From assembly GCA_016219925.1 (NCBI GenBank), contig JACRJU010000003.1:22505-86504 (forward strand): a stretch of DNA of 64,000 bases, in the 5' to 3' direction. This document shows positions 49,737-59,393 of the stretch, in pieces. The notes below the pieces were generated by a model. It was not told the origin of the DNA, ran no database searches, and was given only the letters and a program-made list of their open reading frames with translations. Numbering within the stretch: the stretch's first letter is position 1; each line of letters opens with the position of its first letter. Made by a program: the position numbers and the translations under genes. The DNA comes from Candidatus Uhrbacteria bacterium (GTDB lineage: Bacteria > Patescibacteriota > Patescibacteriia > UBA9934 > GWF2-40-263).

Positions 49737-50393
49737 TTAAGGTTGAGTGAGTTCCGTTTGAATAATTTGAAGGAGTTCTTCCGATGTGATCGAACCGACA
49801 ATTTTTTGAGAGCCGACAAATAACGTTGGTGTGGCCACGATGCCGAGCGCTCGACCTTCCTGAATATCTTTTTCAACAATGGGCATGGTGTCCTGGTCTG
49901 AAAAACAATTATTGAATCGGTCCATATCCAGTTTCAGCTCGCGGGCGATTTGTAGGTATTGATCCGTTGAGAGAATACTTTGACGAGCCATAAGCGCGTC
50001 ATGATAAGGCCAGAACAGGCCTTGGCGGTCTGCGCAGTGGGCGGCGATGGCGGCGGGAATCGCTTGTTCATGAGCCGACGGGTTTGGCAAGTCTTTCCAG
50101 ACGAGGCGAACTTCGTTTGGATAGGTGTGCAAGGCCACCTGCAAAGCGCTGTCGAGTGTCATGCAATGTTCACACTGGAAATCCGCAAACTCAATCAGGG
50201 TCAACTTCGGGTTTTCAGCGCCTCGACTTGGATTGACGAAAGTGACGCTTGGTTGTGTGATCGGTGTGGAAGTCGCTTCCTGTGCGGCTTTTGATTTTTC
50301 TAAATCAATGGGTTTAATACGCAACGCGAAAAAAACCAGCGTGATCAAGGCCAGAAAGCCGACGAGTAGAAGAGCCAACCAACGATTTCTCAT
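49737..50393 (-). CDS. DsbA/thioredoxin-fold oxidoreductase
   Basis: EFADFQCEHC (CxxC), ATPT, N-terminal TM. Confidence 0.92.
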   Translation of the reverse strand: MRNRWLALLLVGFLALITLVFFALRIKPIDLEKSKAAQEATSTPITQPSVTFVNPSRGAENPKLTLIEFADFQCEHCMTLDSALQVALHTYPNEVRLVWKDLPNPSAHEQAIPAAIAAHCADRQGLFWPYHDALMARQSILSTDQYLQIARELKLDMDRFNNCFSDQDTMPIVEKDIQEGRALGIVATPTLFVGSQKIVGSITSEELLQIIQTELTQP

Positions 50394-50396
50394 ACC

Positions 50397-51623
50397 CTAT
50401 TTCAATTTTAGAGATTCCAGATTCCCTGTTTGTAAATTAGTGAAGTACAAAACGGACTGATCATTTGTGACGAACAATTTTGAAAGGGTTTTCTCTCCAT
50501 TAGGGATCGCGACGAGTGCGGAAGATCCGGAATCTACGTCAATGCGATAAATAGCATCGGGGAAGGTGCCGAACGCTTTTGGCTGAAGGCCGGCATTTGG
50601 CGGAAGGCCTTGCGGCACGGCGCAGTAGACCGTTGCAATACCCGCCCATGCGCATTTGTCGACCCACGTATTGATAGACAGGCTTTTTCGATGATCGCCC
50701 ATGCTTGCGCTTGTTCCGTCAACGATCCAGAGCAAAGGTCGATAATTGCTGTAAGAACCGGAAACCGAATAGAGTAATCGTTTTCCATCAGGCGACCATT
50801 GTGATTGAAACCCAAGCCCTTCAACGATCAGCCCTTTGAAATTTTCATGCTCTTTCCCAATGGGGATGATCATCTTGCGATCGATACTGCCCTGACCTTC
50901 GGCCGTGTCTGAAAAAGCCACAATCTGATCGTTTGGCGACCAATTGACTTGCACTTTTGTTTCATTGTCCCCAAGTTCTTGGATACTTCTGACATTTGAT
51001 CCATCAGCATTGGTGGTGACGAGCCAACGATTATTCGGGTCCAGACCAATACTTTTGGCAGCGATTTGATCCGAAGTCGGAGAAAATTCAAAATCTTTCC
51101 AGTGTTGCGGAAGCGTCACCTGCGTTTCGTTATCGAAATCGTAGACGACATTTGAGCCGTCGGGAAATTCAAGAACCGCTTTTTGCGCGTCTTTGTTCCA
51201 TGCGACATTTTCGACAGAAGGAAATTCTTTATTGGAAAGCGTTGTAACGTTTCCTGTGGCATCAATCCGATAAAATTTTCCATCTGAGTCATTGTAAAAA
51301 TTCACTCCGCTTCCGTCGCCCGAGAGCGTTGCATCCGCCACGGGCGCGGTTGTCAGCTCCGTCGTTTTTGTGATGCCACCTCCGGCCACTTCGGCGGCAG
51401 ATGGAAGGGCTTGTCCGCCGGGCGTAATTTCGCCAGCACCGGGCGTTCGTCCTGTTTGAGAAGGTGTAAGCGCGCCGCCTGTTGGGGCTTGGGCTTGCGG
51501 GGCTTCTGGAGCTGGTGTTTGCGGAGTGGCACGGAAAAAAGCGGCCCAGATGGCGTAGGCGATGACGATGACAGACAGAATAAAGCCGATAACGATCAGG
51601 AGGCGTTTTGTGCGCTCGGACAT
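50397..51623 (-). CDS. Membrane-anchored beta-propeller (TolB-like) protein
   Basis: N-terminal TM, Pro-rich linker, WSPDG/FSP repeats; start set to ATG 51623. Confidence 0.75.
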   Translation of the reverse strand: MSERTKRLLIVIGFILSVIVIAYAIWAAFFRATPQTPAPEAPQAQAPTGGALTPSQTGRTPGAGEITPGGQALPSAAEVAGGGITKTTELTTAPVADATLSGDGSGVNFYNDSDGKFYRIDATGNVTTLSNKEFPSVENVAWNKDAQKAVLEFPDGSNVVYDFDNETQVTLPQHWKDFEFSPTSDQIAAKSIGLDPNNRWLVTTNADGSNVRSIQELGDNETKVQVNWSPNDQIVAFSDTAEGQGSIDRKMIIPIGKEHENFKGLIVEGLGFQSQWSPDGKRLLYSVSGSYSNYRPLLWIVDGTSASMGDHRKSLSINTWVDKCAWAGIATVYCAVPQGLPPNAGLQPKAFGTFPDAIYRIDVDSGSSALVAIPNGEKTLSKLFVTNDQSVLYFTNLQTGNLESLKLK

Positions 51624-51627
51624 AGGA

Positions 51628-52566
51628 TTAAGCAGAGATCGCCGCAATAACGATGGCGATCAGGATAAAAGGAAGCATCGAGACGAGAATCATGATCAGA
51701 TCCGTTGCGAGCAGGACAATCATTGGACCAATGGCGTTCGTTCCATCATTTTTAGGGAATGGCATGGGAATGGGATCCCATGTCAATGGACCGATAATTT
51801 TGTGTTTGCCTTTTGTGACCCATCCTCCATAAACCATTTCAATATTGTACCACCCGAGAGTGATAAACCGAATAACAAACGTCACCAAGAAAGCCACGCC
51901 GCCTGTTCCGAGTTCCAAAGCTCCGGCGATGGAGTTCGCGATAAACAAGGCTGCTTTCGGAATGACTTTTTTGGCCGCGGCTTTTGCGATATCTTGGGAC
52001 GGTTTTGCTTCTTCCGGAGTGGCCGCCTGCATGGCATGGAACTGACGAAGCGCAGAAGTTGCGGCTTTGAATTTTGTGGCGGCGCTCGCTTGCTGACTTA
52101 AGGCTAGTTGTCCCGTTAGTCTTTTCATTTGATCAATGGGATCCTCTTCTTCCTCTTCTTGTTCATCGTTTTCCTGTTCTTCTTCCTTCTCATGCTCTTC
52201 TTCTTTTCTCTGCTTATCGTTTTTTTGCCTGGGATCTTTTGTATTGGTCTTATCTTGTCCGTTTCGGAATGCACGTTGTTGGAGTTGTGCGGAGTTGTTT
52301 GAACGTAATTGGAATTGTTGTCCTTGTAAACGCGCTCGTTGCAGTTCGCTACGCATGTCACCCGTTTTTCTTGCTGCTTTCTGTGTTGTTTGACTCACGG
52401 CGCGACCCGCTCTGGAACCTGCGCGTCCAACAGCGCGACCCGCTCGTGCGCCACCTCGCCCGGCCGCCCGCCCCGCGCCCACGGCCGCCCGTCCAACGCT
52501 AACAACAGCTCGTCCTGCGACAGCTGCTCCGCGAGCGGCTCCTGTTGCAATAGCGGCTAACACCAT
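51628..52566 (-). CDS. Hypothetical membrane protein with low-complexity tracts
   Basis: G/R/A-rich N-terminus, Glu-rich tract, C-terminal TMs. Confidence 0.7.
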   Translation of the reverse strand: MVLAAIATGAARGAAVAGRAVVSVGRAAVGAGRAAGRGGARAGRAVGRAGSRAGRAVSQTTQKAARKTGDMRSELQRARLQGQQFQLRSNNSAQLQQRAFRNGQDKTNTKDPRQKNDKQRKEEEHEKEEEQENDEQEEEEEDPIDQMKRLTGQLALSQQASAATKFKAATSALRQFHAMQAATPEEAKPSQDIAKAAAKKVIPKAALFIANSIAGALELGTGGVAFLVTFVIRFITLGWYNIEMVYGGWVTKGKHKIIGPLTWDPIPMPFPKNDGTNAIGPMIVLLATDLIMILVSMLPFILIAIVIAAISA

Positions 52567-52571
52567 ACCTC

Positions 52572-55046
52572 CTACTCTTTTGTGACCTTAATAATTGTAT
52601 TGTGCACACTCACGCGCAATCGTGATGGGCGATCTTTTTTAGACAAGCGTTCCGCAATTTTTGTTTCGACCTCCTGTTGGATTTTTTGACGGACACTGCG
52701 TGCGCCGAGCTTTTTATCAAGACTCAAGGCCAGATGTTGACTCACGTTCGGTTGCCAGCGCACGCAAAGTTGATGGCTGGCATTCAAACGTTCGACCAGT
52801 TCATTCAATTCTTTTTCGACGATCCGTTGAAGCGCTTCGGTACTCAAGGCATCAAAGACGCAGATGTGGTCCATGCGGTTGATAAGTTCCGGACGGAATC
52901 GTTCCTCAAGTTCCTTTCGGATGTCCTGTGTGCGTTCACTTTTTTGTGTTTCCAACGATTGGGCAAAACCGATGCCTCCGTGTTCAAAGCGTTCCAGCCC
53001 GATGTTTGTCGTTAAAATGACGATCGTATTTTTGAAGCTGACCATTTTACCCGTTGCATCGGTAAGCTCGCCTTCCTCGAGAATTTGCAGAAGGAGATTT
53101 TGAACGTCCGGATGAGCTTTTTCTAATTCATCAAAGAGCACCACGCTGTACGGCCGCTGTTTTACGCGGTCGCTTAAGTTGGATTGATCCTTGTAGCCGA
53201 CATATCCCGCGGGAGAACCGATGAGTTTGGAGATCGTAAAACCTTCCGCATATTCGGACATGTCCAGCCGGATAAAGTTTTTTGGATTATAAAAAAACGT
53301 GCGTGCCACGGCTTTCGCGAGTTCAGTTTTGCCGACGCCTGATGGACCGATAAACAATAATGAAGAAAGAGGACGTTTGGGATGGGACAGTCCGGATTTG
53401 GCTCGCGCAAGAGCGCTGGCCACTTGGCTCACCACTTCGTCTTGACCAATGATGCCAGTTTGAAGGGCGCGGGCTAGGTCATCGGCCGAGGCACTCGTTT
53501 GGTGGGTGAGTTCATGGATCGGGATCCCGGTCATGCGCGAAATGACGCGCGCGATGTCCACGCCGTCAATGCTAAACAAAGGGGCCGTCGTTTCTTTTTT
53601 GGTATGAGAGATCGAAGAACGAACCTGCTCCTCTTTTTCTTTAAGCACAGAGGCTTCTTGGAAACGTTCTTCAACGACCGCTTGTCGTTTGGCTTCTCGC
53701 ACGCGCGCGAGTTCTTGCTCAAGGGATCGGTGCTGTTGTGCCGCGTCGTTTTGTCCCCGTTCCATTTTAGCCGCCGCCGCCGCTTCATCCATGAGATCGA
53801 TCGCTTTGTCGGGGAGCTGTCGATCTGGCACATACCGCGAGGAAAGGGCAACCGCTTGTGCAATCGCATCAGGCAAGATACGAACCTGGTGGAAATTTTC
53901 GTAATACGGAGCCAGCCCTTGCAAGATCGTCACACTGTCCGCTTGTGAAGGCTCATCGACCAGGATGGATTGAAAACGGCGTTCGAGCGCACTGTCTGAC
54001 TCGATCTGTTTTTTGCATTCTTCAGGAGTGGTGGCGCCGATACAACGAATATCGCCTCGCGCGAGGGCGGGCTTGAGAATGTTGGCGGCATCGAGCGAGC
54101 CGGAGGCGGCTCCCGCTCCAACGATCGTATGGATTTCATCAATAAACAAAATCACGTCTTCATGTTTTTTGATTTCATCAACAATTTGCCGTAATCGTCC
54201 TTCAAATTCGCCTCTGTACATCGTTCCGGCAATCAAGAGCGCGAGATCAAGCGCAAAGATTTTTTTGTCTTGAAGAATTTCAGGCACCGTTCCCTCGACG
54301 ATGCGTTTGGCTAGTCCTTCGACGATCGCGGTTTTGCCCACGCCTGGCGCACCCACCAAAAGCGGATTATTTTTGGTGCGACGGCATAAAATTTGCATCA
54401 GACGTTCGATTTCTCCGTCCCGTCCGATGACCGGGTCAATGGTTTTTTGAGAAGTGGTGCTGGTGAGTTCTCGCGCAAAGTATTCAAGGGCAGGCATTTT
54501 ATCATTCTCTTCTTCCAACATGACCGCCTGCGCGGTAGCCTCAAGATTCGTTCCATTTGAAATGGCGCCCGTAAGTTCTGGAAATTTTGAAGTGCTCTTG
54601 AGGACGATCGAGAGTTGTTGGCGGAGTTCTTTGAGATCTGTTTTTTGTTTTTCGAAAAATTGGTCGATCAGAGGCGTGTTCACTTGAAGGATACCCGAGA
54701 GCAAATGTTCGGTGCCCACAAAGCGATGACCGTAGATGTTTGCCGTCAGGACGGCTTTTTCCACGATGCGCTTGGCGTCGTTTGAGAGATGAAGCGTTGC
54801 GTTTGCGGCCTCGGTTGGGTTCATCCTGAAAGAAGCGGTTGCCCCGACAAGGACACGTAAGTCTCCTTGTTTTACGCCGACTTTTTTGAGAATCTCCCCG
54901 CCTATACATCCCTTTTGTGTGCCCAAAGCCCATAGAAGATGATGCGCTTCAATGGTTGGATCGTTTAGTTCAACCACAAAACACAACGCGCGCGTGAGGA
55001 CGTTTTTGAGATGCGTGGAAAACTTGTCGACAATATCGTGGGACAT
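52572..55046 (-). CDS. clpC: ATP-dependent Clp protease ATPase subunit (ClpC-like)
   Basis: Clp-N repeats, [17 protein letters not shown]-like coil, [16 protein letters not shown]. Confidence 0.93.
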   Translation of the reverse strand: MSHDIVDKFSTHLKNVLTRALCFVVELNDPTIEAHHLLWALGTQKGCIGGEILKKVGVKQGDLRVLVGATASFRMNPTEAANATLHLSNDAKRIVEKAVLTANIYGHRFVGTEHLLSGILQVNTPLIDQFFEKQKTDLKELRQQLSIVLKSTSKFPELTGAISNGTNLEATAQAVMLEEENDKMPALEYFARELTSTTSQKTIDPVIGRDGEIERLMQILCRRTKNNPLLVGAPGVGKTAIVEGLAKRIVEGTVPEILQDKKIFALDLALLIAGTMYRGEFEGRLRQIVDEIKKHEDVILFIDEIHTIVGAGAASGSLDAANILKPALARGDIRCIGATTPEECKKQIESDSALERRFQSILVDEPSQADSVTILQGLAPYYENFHQVRILPDAIAQAVALSSRYVPDRQLPDKAIDLMDEAAAAAKMERGQNDAAQQHRSLEQELARVREAKRQAVVEERFQEASVLKEKEEQVRSSISHTKKETTAPLFSIDGVDIARVISRMTGIPIHELTHQTSASADDLARALQTGIIGQDEVVSQVASALARAKSGLSHPKRPLSSLLFIGPSGVGKTELAKAVARTFFYNPKNFIRLDMSEYAEGFTISKLIGSPAGYVGYKDQSNLSDRVKQRPYSVVLFDELEKAHPDVQNLLLQILEEGELTDATGKMVSFKNTIVILTTNIGLERFEHGGIGFAQSLETQKSERTQDIRKELEERFRPELINRMDHICVFDALSTEALQRIVEKELNELVERLNASHQLCVRWQPNVSQHLALSLDKKLGARSVRQKIQQEVETKIAERLSKKDRPSRLRVSVHNTIIKVTKE

Positions 55047-55061
55047 GGGGGAAAGGAGATT

Positions 55062-55955
55062 CTAGCTACCAGCTTCTTTTAGTTTCCTAATTCTTTCTTC
55101 AATCGGTGGATGTGTACTGAAAAGCTGTTCGAATTTTTTGGTGACATGCGGATCAAACGGGTTTGCGAGATAGAGGTGTGCGGTTGCGTGATTGGGACGT
55201 TTGAGTGGTTGATCCATTTTTGCGATTTTTTCAAGCGCGCGCGCAAGGCCGTCTGGATATCGGGTTAACAGCACGCCGGAAGCATCCGCCAGGTATTCGC
55301 GCGAGCGAGAAACCGCGAGCTTGATGAGTTGGGCGAATAGGGGAGAGAGCAAAGCGAGAACGAGACCGATCAAGAAGAGGACACCTGCACTGGATTCGCG
55401 GTCGCTATTTTTGCGATTGCCCCCGTAAAAAACCGCGCGCGTCATCCAGTCTGAAAAGAGCAGAACGACTCCTACAAGGACGACAACGAGGGTCATCACG
55501 CGGACGTCGTAGTTTTTCACATGCGAGAGTTCATGAGCCAGCACCCCTTCAAGCTCGGCTTTCTCCATGATATGAAGCAAGCCAGTCGTCACCGCCACAG
55601 AGGCATGCTCTGGATCGCGACCAGTCGCGAAGGCGTTGGGCGATGGATCGTCGATGAGATAAACTTTTGGCGTCGGCAGACCATCTGCTATGCACAGATT
55701 TTCGATGAGGCGATACAATTCCGGGGCATCTTGTTTGTGCACTTCTTTTGCTCCCGAGACCGCGAGAGCCACTTTATCGCCGCGATAGTATCCGATGAGC
55801 GTCATGAGAGTCGCAATGATGGCCGCCAGAACAATCCCCGAAGTTTCGTTGCCCATCCAAGCCCCGAACGTCCACCCAAGCGCAAGGATAATAAGCGTAA
55901 ACAGGAAGATGAGAAACCAGGTCTTGCGTTTGTTCGCGGTGATCTGGGAGTACAT
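55062..55955 (-). CDS. htpX: M48 zinc metalloprotease HtpX
   Basis: PNAFATG, HELSH, SRSREYLAD, FSTHP. Confidence 0.95.
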   Translation of the reverse strand: MYSQITANKRKTWFLIFLFTLIILALGWTFGAWMGNETSGIVLAAIIATLMTLIGYYRGDKVALAVSGAKEVHKQDAPELYRLIENLCIADGLPTPKVYLIDDPSPNAFATGRDPEHASVAVTTGLLHIMEKAELEGVLAHELSHVKNYDVRVMTLVVVLVGVVLLFSDWMTRAVFYGGNRKNSDRESSAGVLFLIGLVLALLSPLFAQLIKLAVSRSREYLADASGVLLTRYPDGLARALEKIAKMDQPLKRPNHATAHLYLANPFDPHVTKKFEQLFSTHPPIEERIRKLKEAGS

Positions 55956-55974
55956 AAGTCACGCCCTGTTCTGT

Positions 55975-56526
55975 TTAAAACTTCACCTCCGGTTTTTCCA
56001 ATTCCACATCAGGTGCATCGAAAAACTCACGGCGCGTAAACCCAAACGTTCCGGCAATGAGATTGGTGGGGAACACTTCGAGTTTAATGTTGTAGTCGCG
56101 GGCGTTGGCATTGTAGAAGCGGCGTGCGGCCTGGATTTTATCTTCAGCGTCGGTGAGCTCATGTTGAAGTTGCAAAAAGTTTTCCGATGCTTGCAGTTGC
56201 GGATAGCTTTCCGCGACCGCGAAAAGCGACTTCAATGTTTCAGACAGTACATTTTCTGCGCGCGCATGATCTTTCATGCTGTGCGCGCCCATCGCGGCCG
56301 CACGTGCTTCGGTCACTTTGGTGAACACCCCCTCTTCATGTTTGGCGTATCCCTTTACCGTATTCACGATGTTCGGGATAAGATCGTAGCGACGCTTGAG
56401 CTGAACCTCAATATCCGACCAAGCCTCCTCGGTGTGGTTCCTTGAAGAAACCAAGCCGTTATATGTTAGAATGAGCCACAGAACAATAACGACCAGAACA
56501 ATAAGAATGATCCAGGTAGGTTCCAT
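55975..56526 (-). CDS. lemA: LemA family protein
   Basis: EAWSDIEVQLKRRYDLIPN, ARRFYN, FPTN. Confidence 0.96.
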   Translation of the reverse strand: MEPTWIILIVLVVIVLWLILTYNGLVSSRNHTEEAWSDIEVQLKRRYDLIPNIVNTVKGYAKHEEGVFTKVTEARAAAMGAHSMKDHARAENVLSETLKSLFAVAESYPQLQASENFLQLQHELTDAEDKIQAARRFYNANARDYNIKLEVFPTNLIAGTFGFTRREFFDAPDVELEKPEVKF

Positions 56527-56593
56527 ACGAGTATAAGTTTATAAGCTCAGTATAGAGAAAAATACCTCAAGAAGCAAGAAAAAAACAAAGAAT

Positions 56594-57958
56594 ATGGCCT
56601 TTCCAAAGCATATCTTCAAAAAATATGATATTCGTGGGCTTGTGGATGTTGAGATAACGGATGAACTGGCTGAGCAAATCGGCTTGGCGTTTGCCGTTTT
56701 TCGAGCTCGAGAGCTTCCACAGCCTTCTTTTGTGTGCGCCGTTGGGCGGGATATGCGCAAGAGCTCGGTTCACTTGCAAGAGGCTCTGATGCGCGGGCTT
56801 GTTGAGCAAGGGGTTCACGTGCTTGATGTTGGATTGGTTTCTACGCCGGCGTTTTATTTTTCCGTTGGCCATCTGAAAGCCGATGCGGGTATCATGGTGT
56901 CTGCGTCGCATAATCCCGCGGCGTATAATGGATTCAAACTTACGCGTGAGATGGCGGTGCCTGTCAGTGGAGATACCGGGATTTTGGAGATCGGGGAAAT
57001 GGTCGAGAAAGGACAAAAAGGGCAGAAAGGACAGAAAGGGGAGATCAAAAAAATAGATGGGATTCCGCAAGCGGCGGCGCAAGCGGAGTTTGTGTATGCG
57101 GGTAAGCACCCCATCAAACGGCTCAAGATTGTTGCGGATGCGGCAAATGGGATGGGCGCACAATATCTGGATGAGTTGTTTAAAATGATTGACGCGGATG
57201 TGACGCGGATGTTTTGGGAGTTCGATGGATCGTTTCCCAATCACGAGGCCGATCCTTTCAAAGAGGAAAATACGACGGCTTTGCAAGCGAAGGTGCGCGA
57301 GTTGGGTGCAGATCTTGGCATCGCGACTGACGGGGACGGTGATCGGATTTTTTTTGTGGATGATACGGGCGCGCGCGTTGAACCTTCTGTCGTGCGCGGA
57401 CTTCTCGCGCAGATCGTTTTGCGTACGCACCCCGGCGCGACCATCTGTTATGACGTTCGTCCAGGTAAGATTACTCCAGACATGATCGTGGAAGCTGGCG
57501 GGACACCCTCGGTGACGCGTGTAGGTCATTCGCTTATTAAAGAACAAATGCGTCGCGTGGGTGCTCCGTTTGGCGGGGAGTCGTCTGGGCATTTTTTTTA
57601 TGCCTTTCCTACCGGGGTATATGAGGGACCTGTTACGGTAGCTGCGCAGATCCTTCAAGAAATGACGCGTCGTGGTCAAACACTTTCACAGATCGTTGGG
57701 CCTCTTTGTGCGCGTTATGCTCATTCTGGAGAACTGAATTTTGAGGTCCAAGATAAAGAGGCGGTTTTAGCGCGCCTTAAAGAGCGTTACGCCGATGGGG
57801 ATCTCAATGAACTCGATGGCATCTCAATTACCTATCCCCATTTTTGGTTCAATGTTCGAGGATCAAATACGGAGCCAAAATTGCGACTGAATCTCGAAGC
57901 GATAGATAAAAAGACGATGGAGGAGAAGAGAGATGAGATTAAAAAAATAATTTTGTGA
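56594..57958 (+). CDS. manB: Phosphomannomutase/phosphoglucomutase
   Basis: FKKYDIRG, SASHNP, DGDGDR, GESSGH, RGSNTEP. Confidence 0.92.
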   Translation: MAFPKHIFKKYDIRGLVDVEITDELAEQIGLAFAVFRARELPQPSFVCAVGRDMRKSSVHLQEALMRGLVEQGVHVLDVGLVSTPAFYFSVGHLKADAGIMVSASHNPAAYNGFKLTREMAVPVSGDTGILEIGEMVEKGQKGQKGQKGEIKKIDGIPQAAAQAEFVYAGKHPIKRLKIVADAANGMGAQYLDELFKMIDADVTRMFWEFDGSFPNHEADPFKEENTTALQAKVRELGADLGIATDGDGDRIFFVDDTGARVEPSVVRGLLAQIVLRTHPGATICYDVRPGKITPDMIVEAGGTPSVTRVGHSLIKEQMRRVGAPFGGESSGHFFYAFPTGVYEGPVTVAAQILQEMTRRGQTLSQIVGPLCARYAHSGELNFEVQDKEAVLARLKERYADGDLNELDGISITYPHFWFNVRGSNTEPKLRLNLEAIDKKTMEEKRDEIKKIIL

Positions 57959-57985
57959 GATCCTTCGCTGGCGCTCAGGATGACA
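57957..57985. repeat. Single reverse REP-like unit overlapping the manB stop
   Basis: GAGATCCTTCGCTGGCGCTCAGGATGACA. Confidence 0.85.
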
Positions 57986-57993
57986 AAAAATTT

Positions 57994-59208
57994 ATGAAAA
58001 TCGATACTGACCCCAAAAAAATTGAACGCGTGCTTTTCCGTGGCGTAGAAAATATTTACCCCAGTCACGAGTTTTTGGAAGCCCGTCTCAAAGAGGGGAG
58101 ACCACTTTCTTTGTATGTCGGTATTGATCCAACGGCACCAGACTTACACATTGGCCACAGCATTTTTTTGCGCAAGATGCGTGCATTTCAAGAGCTTGGC
58201 CACAAGATCATCCTTCTGATCGGAGATTTTACCGGCTTGATTGGTGATCCAACAGATAAATCGGCCACACGCGTTCGTCTCACACGCGAGCAAGTTCTTG
58301 AAAATGCGAAGACGTATAAACAGCAAGCCGAGCGGATCATTGCGTTTGACGGGGAGAATCCCGCGGAGATTCGTTATAATAGTCTGTGGCTGGCTAAGCT
58401 GACTTTTGAGGAACTCATTGAACTTTCCGCTCATTTCACCGTTCAACAAATGCTCGAGCGAGACATGTTTGAAAAGCGGATGGAAGAAGGGAAGCCGATT
58501 TATCTTCATGAGTTTTTGTATCCGCTCATGCAAGGTTATGATTGTGTCGCGATGAATGTCGACGGCGAGCTTGGGGGAAACGATCAGACGTTCAATATGC
58601 TTGCCGGGCGCACGTTGATGAAAGCGCTGAAGAACAAAGAGAAATTTGTCATGACAACAAAATTGCTCGTTGATCCAACAGGACAAAAGATGGGCAAGAG
58701 TGAGGGGAACATGATTCGCTTGAGCGACAGCGCAGACGAAATGTTTGGTAAAGTCATGAGTTGGACCGATGGTATGATGATTTCTGGATTTGAGTTGATG
58801 ACCGACGTTCCAGATGAAGAGATCGTGACCATTTCCAAGTCGCTTATTCGAGAAGAGGCCAATCCACGTGACGTGAAAGCGCGCCTCGCGCGCGAAGTGG
58901 TTGCCGGATTTTACTCGCAAGAAGAGGCCCAAAAAGCTAGCGACGCTTTTGATCAGCTTTTTAAGCAACACGAAGTTCCACAGGACGTGCCAGAATATCG
59001 GCTCAAGGCCGTGGCGTCTTTGGCGGATGTGCTCGTGCAGGTCGGGTTTGCTAAATCGAAATCCGATGCGCGCCGGCTTATCGATGGAGGGGGGGTTAAA
59101 GTGGGCGAAAAAGTGATGTCTGACCCCGAATTTTTGGTCAATCCAGACAAGGCCGGAGTATTGATTCAAAAAGGTAAAAGACATTTCATTAAAGTTGTCG
59201 AATCTTGA
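57994..59208 (+). CDS. tyrS: Tyrosine--tRNA ligase
   Basis: GIDPTAPDLHIGH, YPLMQGYD, KMGKS, S4 domain; start set to ATG 57994. Confidence 0.97.
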   Translation: MKIDTDPKKIERVLFRGVENIYPSHEFLEARLKEGRPLSLYVGIDPTAPDLHIGHSIFLRKMRAFQELGHKIILLIGDFTGLIGDPTDKSATRVRLTREQVLENAKTYKQQAERIIAFDGENPAEIRYNSLWLAKLTFEELIELSAHFTVQQMLERDMFEKRMEEGKPIYLHEFLYPLMQGYDCVAMNVDGELGGNDQTFNMLAGRTLMKALKNKEKFVMTTKLLVDPTGQKMGKSEGNMIRLSDSADEMFGKVMSWTDGMMISGFELMTDVPDEEIVTISKSLIREEANPRDVKARLAREVVAGFYSQEEAQKASDAFDQLFKQHEVPQDVPEYRLKAVASLADVLVQVGFAKSKSDARRLIDGGGVKVGEKVMSDPEFLVNPDKAGVLIQKGKRHFIKVVES

Positions 59209-59234
59209 CAAAATTCAATAAATCTGATTAAATA

Positions 59235-59318
59235 GGTGGAGCTTTGGATGTGGAACGCGGTGAAATTCCGCGACTATCTCTGCGTAACCGTACAGTCTGG
59301 TCTTCATCCGATGCACCC
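59235..59318 (+). ncRNA. Cobalamin-riboswitch-like small RNA (minimal variant)
   Basis: GGAA-CGCGG-TGAAATT-CCGCG-ACT...AACCGTA...AGTC closed by GGATG/CATCC; TTGACA at 59205. Confidence 0.55.
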
Positions 59319-59319
59319 A

Positions 59320-59353
59320 CAAAAATCGTGTCGCAGGGCACGATTTTTGGTTT
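59320..59353 (+). terminator. Intrinsic terminator
   Basis: CAAAAATCGTGTC-GCAG-GGCACGATTTTTG followed by GTTT. Confidence 0.75.
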
Positions 59354-59393
59354 CTTGCGCTGTCCTTACCGAAACGGTATCATTCTTGAGAAT

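Noticed and set aside
57004-57045. KGQKGQKGQKGE micro-repeat in manB
   Set aside because: Short in-frame linker expansion with no sign of a function or phase variation.
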